This document shows, one piece after another, positions 1 through 10,645 of a stretch of DNA of 64,000 nt (position 1 is its first letter; each line of letters starts with the position of its first letter). The notes under the pieces are model-generated. The model was not told the origin of the DNA. It ran no database searches and worked only from the letters and a program-made list of their open reading frames with translations. Source of the stretch: an uncultured Planctomycetaceae bacterium (GTDB taxonomy: Bacteria; Planctomycetota; Planctomycetia; Planctomycetales; Planctomycetaceae); contig CAWFAK010000012.1 of assembly GCA_963813715.1 (NCBI GenBank), positions 288,001 through 352,000 of the forward strand, given 5' to 3'. A program made the position numbers and the translations under genes.

Positions 1-3000
1 CCGAACTGGCCCAGGCCCAGCGTCGACTGCGGCACGTTGGAGTTGACGTTGAAGTTGAAGTTCACGCCGACCGACTCGAAGAAGTCGTCGTCGACCGTGA
101 TGAACCGGCATTCGACGGTCACCTGGAGGTCCTGCAGCCGCCGCAGCTGCTGCAACAGGTCGCGGATTTCGTCGTGGACCTTCTGCGTCTGACGGATGAC
201 GAGGCTCAACGTCGTGTCGACCGACTGGATGTGCCCCTGTCCGCCGCTTTCATCCCACGATTCCGGCTCGATCGTGTTGACGATCAGATGCTTGATCGCG
301 TCGAAATCGGGAGCCGAAGGCTGTCCGGCCGCGGCGCGAATTCCGGCCCCCGGAGCCATGCCCCCCGGGGACGTGGCACCGACCGGCTGACCGACCTGGA
401 ACATGGCCTGCCCGGGCGAGCCCTGCGTGGTGTCGGCCGTCGGGACGATAAATTGGGCGCCGCCCGCGCCCCGCAAGAAGGAGACCGTCGCTGGCGGCGA
501 GTTGGAAATTGGCACCACGAGGTCGGCCACCGGGTACGCCAACAGCACGGTCGTCCCCTGCTGCTTCAGGCGGCTGGTGATCAACAGCACCTCGTCCTTG
601 GTCATGTAACCCATGTTGAGCGGATCGAGGATCAGGTTCAGAGCGCTGCGAAGCGTGATCCCGTCGACCCCGATCGTGATTTCCGTCGAAGTCGGAACGT
701 GCTCCTCCTCGAGGGCCGCCGTATCCAGCACGATGTTCACGTCGGCAATCTTCTGAATGTGGCGGATGACCTCGACCAGCGGCGTCTTCTCGAAGTGCAG
801 CGAGACCTGGCGGTTCAAGCTCTGCTCGATCTGCTTTTCAGGCTCGGTCCGCTGCTTGTTGTCCGGGCTGTCGTACTTGCCCTTGCGGCGCTTCGTCAGG
901 CCGGCCCAGTCCTTGGGGAACTTGTAGGGCGAGCCGTACATCGGCGTGGCCGCCGCGTCTTCGACTTCCCACAGCTGGTTGAGGAAATTGTCTTCCTTGC
1001 GAATCTTCAGGTCGGCAATTCGGGCATTTTCGCGTCCGAGGCGGGCCTTGACGAACATCGTCTCGGCTACCGGATTTTCCTTGTCGAGCTCCTTGGCCTG
1101 CTTGGCGATCAGCTCGGCTTCGGTCCACCGATCCTGCTTCACGAGCTTGTTGTATTCGTCGACGAGGTCGGCAAATTCCTGCTCGACCCGCACGTGGTAC
1201 GCCTGCTCGTTCTCAATTTCCGTCTTGATCCGATCGTTTCGCGCCTTGACGGCGGCGACCGGGGCCTGCTGCTTCTGCTGCGCTTCGATGTCCGACTTGG
1301 AGCGGGCCAACAGCGTCATCAGCGGAGCGACGGCGTCCCGGCCCAGATCGGATTGATCGACGCTGGTAATCGCCGCGTCGAGAATCTGCAGGGCCTTCGC
1401 CGGATCGTTGTCCTTGACCCGCTCGGCCTTGAAGTGGGCGTTGAGCACCTCGGTCCGCAGCTTCTCGAACTTCAGCGCCCGTTGCTGATCGGCAATGTCG
1501 ATCCGGGAAGCGGTCGGACGCTTGGGAGGATTCGCCGCGTCGTTGGCCGTCGAGGGGAACTGACCCGCCACCTGCTGAACGTTGCGCGAACGCACCGGAG
1601 CCAGGTCGCGGAGGAAGTCGTGCAACTGTCGGTCGCGATAGCGATCCAGCTGCTGCCCGCTGCGATAGCACTGCAAGAAGGCGGCATACGCGTTGTCGCG
1701 ATGGCCCTCGCGGAGTTCATGCATGCCCAGGGCGAACAGGTCGTCCGCCGACGCGCCGCTCGGCACGATCACGGGCACTTCGGCCTGACGGGCCGGAGTC
1801 GGTGCCGGAGAATACGGATTGTCGGCCGTAAAGGCGTCGGCCGGGCTGACCGGGGCTTTCGCAGCCGGAGCAGCGGCCGGCATTTCCGGCTCGCTGGGAA
1901 TCGCGGAAGCAGTCACCGGAGCCGCCGGAAGCGCCAGGGCGCGGCCGGCAGGGCGGACACAGACTCTTCCGGCGGAGCCGCCTGGGCGACCGTCGGCGGA
2001 GCCGGAGCGTCGGTGACGACGGGCAGCGACGGCGGTGCGCTCTTGGCGACCGAGCCTTCGCTTTCCGCCCGATCGATGTCGGCCAAAACCAGTTCCGGTC
2101 GGTCGTCCATGACCGAGTAGGCCACATCGAGAGTGAGCGCTTCCTTGGCTTTACGACGAGCGTCGGCCAGGTGGCCTTTCTTCAAATCGCTCCGGGCCTC
2201 GCGGATCAGGCCGAGCGCCTGCTCCTTGGTCCACTTGCCGCTCGTCGACTGAGTGGCCTGGTGCGAAGCCTGGTTGACGCCGAACGGAGATTCATCGTTA
2301 GCGACGGCCTGCCGGACGTCCGAGGGCTGCGTGGCACTCGGAGTGGCCGGTTGACCGCCTTGCGATTCGCGAAGAGCGATCGATTCGAGGACGAGTTCCG
2401 GACGATCGTCGAACGGGCTGTAGGCGACGTTCATCTTGCCGACTTGCTGCGCCTTCTGCGCGCCGCGTCGATGCGTCCCGCTCGCAAATCCTCACGGGCC
2501 TTGAGCAACAGGTCCTGCGCCTTCTGGCCCTCGGCTGCCGGCGTCAGGTTGGTCTTATTGGAGGTCAATTCGCCCCAGTTGTCCTGGCCATTGGGCCGGG
2601 CGCCGGAGGTGAGGTCGCGGACGCGCTGAGCGCGGGCGATGTCGGCCAGCACCGTATCCGGACGGTCCTCGAACATGCCGAAGACCACGTTGAGCTGCCG
2701 AGCCTTTTGGGCTTTCTTGGTCGCGTCTTCAAAGTGTCCCGCCTGCAGATCGGTCCGAGCCTGCCGAATCAAGTCGACGGCTTGGGCACGCACGGGATCG
2801 GCCGACTCGGCCGTCTTCCGCTGCGCGGGCAAAGGTCTTGGTGCCGGTGGTCAGTTCGATCTCAGCCAGCAGAGCCTGCGGCTGATCGTCAAGAACTTCC
2901 CACTTCACCTGGAATTCATCCGCCTTGAGGGCCTTGATGCGGGCCGTCGCAAAGTCGTGCTTGTCGAAGGCCGCGCGGGCTTCGGCCAGCAGGCGCTTGG

Positions 3001-3724
3001 CCTGGGCCTTGGCGTCGACGGCCTGGGGAGCCGGCGTGACATGGGCCTTAGGCGCGTTGGCGCCGAAGTCCTGGAAATCGGCCGGTGACTCGGCCGGCGC
3101 CTGACCGCGAACGACCAGGTTCTCGTTGGTCGCTGGACCGACGACCGTCTTCGAGCCATGGCTGAGCCGATCAATCTCGGTCACCAACTGACTCGTCTTC
3201 GTATCGAAGAACTTGTAAGCGAGTTCAATTTTGTGCGCGGCGGCCGCTTTGGCGCGGGCCAGGTCGAGACGACCGGTATTGAGGTCGTCGCGGGCTGCGT
3301 CCAAGAGGGCGGCCACGTAGCGATGTTTCTTGTCGGCGGTCGCGGCCGGCGATTCGGCCTTCGGCGCGGCCTCTTTCGCGGCTGCCTTCTGCTCCAGCGA
3401 CATCAGCTGGATCAGCACCACCTCGGGCGAACGCTCGCCGGGCAGCCAGCGAACCGGCAGTGCCGCCGCGCAATGCGCCAGCACGGCCGCTTGCTTGAAC
3501 CGCTTCTCTTTGGCCAAGCGGTCGGCTTCCACCAGGATTCTTTGGGCCGTCTTCTTATAGGCCTCGTTGGCCGAAGACGGCTGGTCCGGTGCGACGGCCC
3601 GCCACGCGGCGATCGGCTCGGTGGCCGAGGCGTCGTCTGCGTGGAGTGGACGGATGACGGCGAAGGCCGCCAGCGTGCCGACTCCGGCCGCGGTCATGGC
3701 GAAGAATGCGAATCGAGTGCGCAA
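1..3724 (-). CDS. Giant planctomycete-type secretin (GspD/PilQ-like); runs off the left edge; split by ~3 apparent indels (~2830, ~2460, ~1935)
   Basis: AAGGAGG then TTG start at 3724 and signal peptide (RTRFAFFAMTAAGVG). ORFs 2729-3850, 2431-2832 and 1913-2434 chain together. The minus strand at 1-240 reads SLVIRQTQKVHDEIRDLLQQLRRLQDLQVTVECRFITVDDDFFESVGVNF, typical of the N3-to-secretin-domain junction. Confidence 0.85.
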
Positions 3725-4008
3725 GGTTCGTTCCTCCTTCACTGCGTGAAGGCCGAAGTTCCGCAGTCCCGGATCAGTTCCGTTAAGTCGGTTCATGGCA
3801 CATCCAGAAGTGTCGTGCACGGTCGCGGTTGACGGACGCCGATTAAGCAAATCCCCGCGCGCCTGGGGAGGTTCGGTCGCCTGTCCCGCGAGGGACCGCG
3901 GCCGAACCGCACACAGTCGCGACGGTCTGAAATTCTGCTATTGATCTGCTGTCGGGAGAGGGAAGGGAGATGAGTGGGCGGCTAGATACCTGATTGCCGC
4001 GAACAGGG

Positions 4009-5382
4009 TCAAGAGCGTTTGCGCCCTTTTTTCGCCGGAGCGTCCGCATTTTTCTCGGGAGCAGGAATTGCGGCAAAATCTGCCGGCGGCTGCAGGTCTT
4101 CCGGCGGCAAATAGGCCGATTCGATGCTCGCTTTCTCGTACGCTTCGACGAGCACTTTCCGCATGGCTTCCTTTTGGATCTTCTCTTCGAGAGCCTGTCG
4201 AATGACTTCTTGAACTTCGGCCAGCGGACGTTTGCCGGCCGGCTTGCGCTCCATCACGCGGACCAGGCGATAACCTTCGCGGCCCGACAACACGGGGCTC
4301 GTTTCGCCGGCCGCCAGGCCCCGCAGCGTCGTGGAGATCTTTTCGTCGACCATGCTCTCGACCCGCGTCCACGGCTGTTTGCCGCCGTCTTCCGCATGCA
4401 GTCCGTCGGAGTATTTCTTGGCGACTTTGTCGAAGCTTTCGCCCTTCGCGAGCGCGTCGACGGCCTTGGTCAACAGGTCAAGCGCCCCTTGCCGTCCGCT
4501 GTGCTTATCGAAATCGATTTCCAACAGCTGCCAGTGGACTTTTTCGGGAAAGCTGAATTTAGCGTCGTTTTGCTGGTAGTACGCGAGGATGTCTTCGCGG
4601 CCGACGATGTGCTCTTTCTTCGATTTTCCGCGGAGATATTCGTCGGCAAGCAACCGGTTGCGGAATTCGTCCTTCAGAGCGACCAGCGACGTCCCCTGCT
4701 TGTGCAGCCCTTCGTCCACTTCGTGCGCGGTCAGTACGTTGAAGTCTTTCTTGAGCTTCTCGGCGTAGTTCTCGAATTCCTTGCTGACCGCGTCTTCGAT
4801 TTTCTTCTGCTGCTCTTTCTCGAGCGCGCTGATCATGGCCTGCGCCAGCACGCGCGTCTTCACATAGTCCTTGCCGAACTTGTGGATCGCGGCCACCTGC
4901 AGCTCGGTGTATTCGTGCTCGGTCAGTTGACCGGCCGCCATCGCCCGGGCCGCGATGAGCAGACTCATGCCTTCCCGCGTCAGGGGCTCGGTCGCCGCCC
5001 GCTCGAAGATTTCCGAGGCAAACAGGGGCTGGCCGTTGATCGACGCGATGATTTCGTTGCCCGACATCTTCTTGTCGGGAATCTTGATGGCCGGATGCTT
5101 GGCGTCGGCCTCGAACGTGGCGGCCGCCTGCGTCACCGAGTTGTCGGGCGAGCTGCCGCGGGTCGTCGTCGTGGCGACGTTGTTCGTCGCTTCCGGAGCT
5201 GCCGGCGCCGCTTCCGGAGACACCACGGCCGTGTCGGCCGTTTTGCTCGGGGCATCGGTCGCTTTCACCACTTTTCGCGGCGGCGGCGGACCAAACACGG
5301 GATCGCCCACCTTGGCCGGATCGAGCAGATCGCAGCCGGCGAGGATCGCCAAAAGCGTCAACAGGGGCAGCAAATACCGCAT
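4009..5382 (-). CDS. PrsA/SurA-like peptidyl-prolyl isomerase (parvulin) lipoprotein
   Basis: Lipobox LAILAGC; SurA-like IIASINGQPL; rotamase motif GESFDKVAKKYSDG..AEDGG. Confidence 0.85.
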   Translation of the reverse strand: MRYLLPLLTLLAILAGCDLLDPAKVGDPVFGPPPPRKVVKATDAPSKTADTAVVSPEAAPAAPEATNNVATTTTRGSSPDNSVTQAAATFEADAKHPAIKIPDKKMSGNEIIASINGQPLFASEIFERAATEPLTREGMSLLIAARAMAAGQLTEHEYTELQVAAIHKFGKDYVKTRVLAQAMISALEKEQQKKIEDAVSKEFENYAEKLKKDFNVLTAHEVDEGLHKQGTSLVALKDEFRNRLLADEYLRGKSKKEHIVGREDILAYYQQNDAKFSFPEKVHWQLLEIDFDKHSGRQGALDLLTKAVDALAKGESFDKVAKKYSDGLHAEDGGKQPWTRVESMVDEKISTTLRGLAAGETSPVLSGREGYRLVRVMERKPAGKRPLAEVQEVIRQALEEKIQKEAMRKVLVEAYEKASIESAYLPPEDLQPPADFAAIPAPEKNADAPAKKGRKRS

Positions 5383-5546
5383 TCGGGCTGTGTCCCGGTG
5401 CGCAGCGACAGAGCAGCGACTTGCTCCTGGCGAACGGCTCAGTTCACCGCTCGCTCGGGCCGGTCGTGCCATGGATTGCTGCGCCTATGGAGGGGCCGGA
5501 AGCCGGGCAACGAAGGGAGGAAAGGGGGCGGATTATCGCGCTGCGT

Positions 5547-8500
5547 CTACGCTGGCTGCAACACCGATTTGAGCGTCGCCACCAGCTCGTCCGTGCTGAG
5601 TTCACGTTCCGGCAGCACGAGATACGCGCTCAGCGCGTCGACGACGCGCAATTGCCCTTCCCAACGCTTCGCCAACTGCCCTATCTTGCGCAGGATTCCG
5701 ATAACGAAAGACCGCGTACTTCGGCGCCTCGAGGTGAATGTCGTCGATCTGCCAGTGATGGGCGAACACTTGCAGTTGACGCACCTCCCGCAGTCGCTCG
5801 ACTTCCGGCGGCAGCGGGCCAAAGCGATCGCGCAGCTCGGCCTCCCACTCGGCCAGTTGCTCGACCGATTCGACCTGCGACAGCTTGCGATAGATCTCGA
5901 TCTTCTGCTTCATCGACGCCACGTACGAACCGGGCAAAAACGCGGACACCGGCAGATCGATGCCGACGTGGAACGGCTCGCGCACCGGCTCGTTTTTCAG
6001 CGACCGCACCGCGTTATCGAGCAACCGGCAATACAGCTCGTAGCCGACCGAGGTGATGTGGCCGCTCTGCTCTGTCCCCAGGATGTTGCCCGCGCCGCGG
6101 ATTTCCAGGTCGCGCATGGCGATCTTGAAGCCGGCCCCCAGCTCGCTGAATTCTTCGATCGCCTTGAGCCGCCGGGCGGCCGTCGACGTGAGCGTCTGCC
6201 CCTCCTCCAGCAGCAAGTAGCAGTACGCCCGGTGTTTGTAGCGGCCGACGCGACCGCGCAATTGGTGCATGTCGGCCAGGCCGTACTTGCCCGCCTGGTG
6301 GATGAAGATCGTGTTGGCATTGGGGATGTCGAGGCCGCTTTCGACGATCGTCGTGCAGACCAGCACGTCGGTCTTGCCGGTGACGAACTTGAACATCGCC
6401 TCTTCGAGCTGGTGTTCGCCCATCTGGCCGTGAGCCACGTCGAAGCGGGCCTCCGGCACGATCGACTGCAGCCGATCGGCAAGCGTGCGGATGTTGTAGA
6501 CCCGGTTGTGGACGAAGAAGACTTGCCCGTTGCGGTTCAGCTCGCGAATGATGGCCCTGCGGATCAACTCGGCGTCGAACCGGCAGATGCGGGTCTCGAT
6601 CGCCTGGCGGTCGCGCGGCGGCGTCGTCAGGTTCGAGATATCGCGAATGCCCAAAAGCGACAAATGCAGCGTCCGCGGGATCGGCGTGGCGCTCATCGTC
6701 AGCACGTCGACTTCCAGCCGCAGCCGCTTGAGCATCTCCTTCGCGTCGACGCCGAACCGCTGCTCTTCGTCGATGACCAACAGCCCCAGATCCTTGAAGC
6801 GGACGTCTTTCTGCACCATCCGGTGCGTGCCGACCACGATGTCGACTTCGCCCGTCTCCATGCCCAAGAGCGTTTCTTGCTGCTGGCCCTTCGTGCAAAA
6901 CCGCGAGAGCACGTGCACGTTGAACGGAAACTCGGCCAGCCGCTCGCTAAACGTTCGATAATGCTGCTCGGCGAGCACCGTCGTGGGGACGAGCACGGCC
7001 ACTTGCTTGCCCGCTTCGACCGCCTTGAAGGCGGCCCGCATCGCCACTTCGGTTTTGCCGTAGCCGACATCGCCGCAGAGCAGCCGGTCCATGGGCCGCA
7101 GCCGCTGCATGTCCTCTTTGACGTCGATGATGGCCGACGCCTGGTCCTTCGTTTCGGTGTAAGGAAAGGCCGCCTCGAACTCCTGCTGCCAGTGGCTGTC
7201 GACGGGAAAGGCGATTCCCTCGCGGGCTTCGCGGCGGGCCTGCAGTTGGATCATGTCGCTGGCCAGGTCGAGCACGGCGCTCGCCACGCGTTCCTTCTTC
7301 TTGGCCCACGTCGCGCTGCCCAGCTTGGAAAGTTGCGGCGACGACTTGCTCGCGCCGATGTACTTCTGCACCAGATAAATCAGCGAAATCGGCACATAGA
7401 CCCGCACGTTGTCGGCGAACTCCAGTATCAGGTGTTCCTCTTTCTGGTCGCCTTTATCGAGCAACTCCATGCCGCGATAGATGCCGATGCCGTTTGTGAG
7501 ATGAACGACCAGGTCTCCCTCGCTCAGCTCCAAAAACGTATCGATGGCCCGCGTTTCGTAAGTGCGGCGGCGGGCCTCGCGACGGAGTTCCGTTCGCCCG
7601 AACAGCTCCTGATCGCTGAGGACGATCAGACCTTCGGCGACGAGACGAAAGCCGTGCGTCACGTGGCCGATGCACAGCTCCACGCGGCCGCCCAGCGTGC
7701 GGCCCGGCTCCGCCAGCAACTCGGCCAGGCGGGTCCGTTCGCCGTCGTTGTGACAGGCGATCAGCACCTGTTCGTCGCGGCCGACGACCGATTCCAGCTC
7801 CGCCAAGGCTTCGGTCCGCGGCCCGCTGAATCGCTCGATCGACTCGACCCGCAGATGGCACGTCGTGTCGTAGCTGTCGCCGGCAATCGCCGCGACCGTC
7901 AGCGAGGGGAATTTCGTCAGCCGCTCCAGCGTGTGCGCGACGGTGAACAGGCCCCGCGGATTCTCCATCCGCATGAGGTACGTTTTGCCCTCTTCGACGA
8001 TGTCGGCCAGCTCGCCCAGCGCGATCCACGTGCCGGCTGGCAGCGAATCGATCAGACTCTCTTCCGCCGCACGATCGTTGGCTGTGCGATCATTGCGCGA
8101 TCCTTTGTCTTCGGTGGCGCTCTCACCCAAGTCAGCCGCCGGCTCCTTGCGGGCGCCGACGATCGTCAGTTCGACCTCGGTCAGATCTTCCAGCTTGCGC
8201 TGCGTTTCGGCGTCGAAACGGCGGATCGATTCGACCTCTTCGCCAAACAGCTCGATGCGGATCGGATCCTCGGCGTCCGCGGGGAACAGGTCGAGAATGC
8301 CGCCGTGCATACAGAATTCGCCGGCAATTTCGATCGCCGGCACGCGCTCAAACCCCTGCTCGACCAGCCAGCGCAACAGCCCGTCGATCTCCAACGTCTC
8401 GCCGACGCGAACAGTTCGCGTGCCCGCCACCCGCTCGGCCCGCGGAGGCACCGGCTGCAGCAAAGCCGAAATGCTCGTCACGATCACCCGCGGCGGCTCG

Positions 8501-8863
8501 TCACTCCCCAGCCGGCGCAGCACCCGCAGCCGCCCGCCGTAAATCGGATCGCGAACTCCCGACTCTTGCGGCAGCGATTCCCACGCGGGAAAGATCTCGG
8601 GGGCGGTGCCGAGAAAGCCCATCACGTCGGCGGCGAAATCGTCGACTTCCGACGGCCGCGGCAGCGACGACCAGCAGCGTCCCCGGGCAACGGCTCGCGA
8701 TGGCGGCGGCCGTCAGCGCGCACGACGACCCCCAGGCTCCGTCGACGGCGGCACTCTCGCCCCGGGCAAGAGCGGCCGCCACTTCGACCAGCCCCTCGCT
8801 CTGCAATAACCTGGGCACCAGGTCCGTAAGGGCCGTGGCGACGATTGGGCCCGTCGCTGCCAT
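5547..8863 (-). CDS. mfd: Transcription-repair coupling factor Mfd (apparent indels near ~8660 and ~5700)
   Basis: CarD-like GDLVVHLTNGIGIY; DRLLCGDVGYGKTEVA; DEEQRFGV; SATPIPRT; QLRGRVGR; DLEIRGAGNILG. N-terminus lies in ORF 8501-8983, C-terminus in ORF 5547-5822. Confidence 0.95.
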
Positions 8864-9206
8864 CGAGGGAATTGTAGCTTTTTGCCGCGTTTTGAAAACC
8901 CCGCAACTCCTGTTTCGCCCGATGGTTGCGTCCCTCGACCAACGACAGCCTTGCGCGGTTCGGCGAACGTTGCAGTTGTTCACCGACCCGGCGAGCCGCC
9001 TGCGTCAGCTGGCGGGTGCTTTTTATCGTTTCCTCCTTTGCTTGGTCTCTTCGCTGTCTTTCCGACGTCATCCCGCCTCGGGCACGCAATTTGCCAATCA
9101 CAGGCGCAATTCGCATACCAAGAGGATGATGCCGCCGCGGGAGTCTTCCTCGCCGATTTCTTGCCGCTCATTCCGTCCGCCACACCGCCAACCCCGGAAC
9201 ACTCCA

Positions 9207-10257
9207 ATGGAACGCCGCCACTTTTTGAAAACGGTTACCGTCGGCACGACCCTCTCGGCCGCTGCCGCGAATCTTCGGTCTACCTCGCACAACGCGGAAG
9301 CTCGCGCCGACGAGGCCGCCGTCGACAAGCCCGGCCCGCAAGAAACCGTTCGCGGCGAGATGCGCTACCGCACGCTCGGTCGCACGGGTGAGAAGGTCTC
9401 GCTCATCGGCCTGGGCGGCTTCCACATCGGCGTGCAGCCCGATGAGCAGGAAAGCTTCAAGATCATCCGCACGGCCATCGATCGCGGCATCACGTTCCTC
9501 GACAACTCGTGGGACTACCACATGGGCGGCAGCGAAGAGCGAATGGGCAAGGCGCTCCGCGACGGCTACCGCGACAAAGTCTTCCTCATGACCAAGATCG
9601 ACGGCCGCACTGCCGCCGAAGCCAACAAGCAACTCGACGACTGCCTCACGCCGCCTGCAGACCGATCACATCGACCTCGTGCAGCATCACGAAGTCATCC
9701 GCATGGAAGACCCCGACCGCATCTTCGCCCAAAACGGCGCGAACGACGCCCTGCTCGCCGCGAAGAAGGCGGGAAAGATCCGCTACATCGGCTTCACCGG
9801 CCACAAGGACCCGCTCGTTCATCTGCGGATGCTGCAGACGGCAGAAAAGCACGGCTTCCACTTCGACACCGTGCAGATGCCGATCAACGTGATGGACGCC
9901 CACTTCCGCAGCTTCAGCCGCAACGTGGTGCCCGTCGCCGTCGAACAAGGCATCGGCGTACTCGGCATGAAACCAATGGGCAGCGGTCAGATCCTCATCA
10001 GCCAAACGGTGACGCCCATCGAATGCCTGCACTACGCCATGAGCCTGCCAACGTCGGTGGTGATCACCGGCATCGACAGCCTCAAAATCCTCGACCAGGC
10101 CTTCGAGGCCGTGAAGACTTTCCAACCGCTCAACTCAGAACAAATCGCCGCCCTCTTGAAAAAGACGGCCCAAGCCGCCGAGAACGGCCGCTTCGAGCCG
10201 TTCAAAACAACAAGCGGCTTCGACGCGACGGCGAAGCATCCGGAGTGGCTGGGGTAG
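9207..10257 (+). CDS. Aldo/keto reductase with Tat-like signal (one apparent insertion at ~9650)
   Basis: MERRHFLK; YRTLGRTGEKVSLIGLGG; GITFLDNSWDY; FLMTK; GKIRYIGFTGH; continues in ORF 9679-10257. Confidence 0.9.
10068..10257 (+). repeat. AKR 3'-end repeat, copy 1 (within the intact gene)
   Basis: cggcatcgacagcctcaaaatcctcgac...gcgaagcatccggagtggctggggtag matches 13199-13388 and 16758-16868. Confidence 0.95.
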
Positions 10258-10645
10258 TTACTTCGCGCTGACGCCGTGTGCTTCGCTACATCAGCCGCGG
10301 TGCCCGGGCCGAGACGAACGAGTGACTCCGTCTGTCGCGGCGTGTCGCCCTGCCGACAATTGCCGCGAGAGAATTAATTGTTCGCTTGAGCCGACCTCGA
10401 CTTTTATACTGGGCGACGTCTAGCCCCAGCAGACTGCGGCCAAATTGGGATCGCCAATGATCCGCAGCTATCGCTTTGCCCTCTACGACGAGCCGACCGA
10501 TCTCACGGGCCAGGATCTGATCAGCCTGGCAGGCCGGTCGAGAAAAAAGGTGAAAGCGCTGATCCCAATTCTCATGGACCAGTAGAAATGCAGAGGCGGT
10601 GGTCGTTCACGAAAAAGGTCCGAGCGGCGAACGGAGACATTGCCG

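Noticed and set aside
3994..8829. 1611-aa plus-strand ORF, and similar long ORFs such as 174-2120, 24059-26527, 26076-28070 and 28844-30547
   Set aside because: Antisense shadows of real genes, expected in high-GC DNA; no recognisable motifs.
5547..8863. mfd pseudogene or programmed frameshift
   Set aside because: All motifs are intact and similar breaks are scattered window-wide, consistent with sequencing error.
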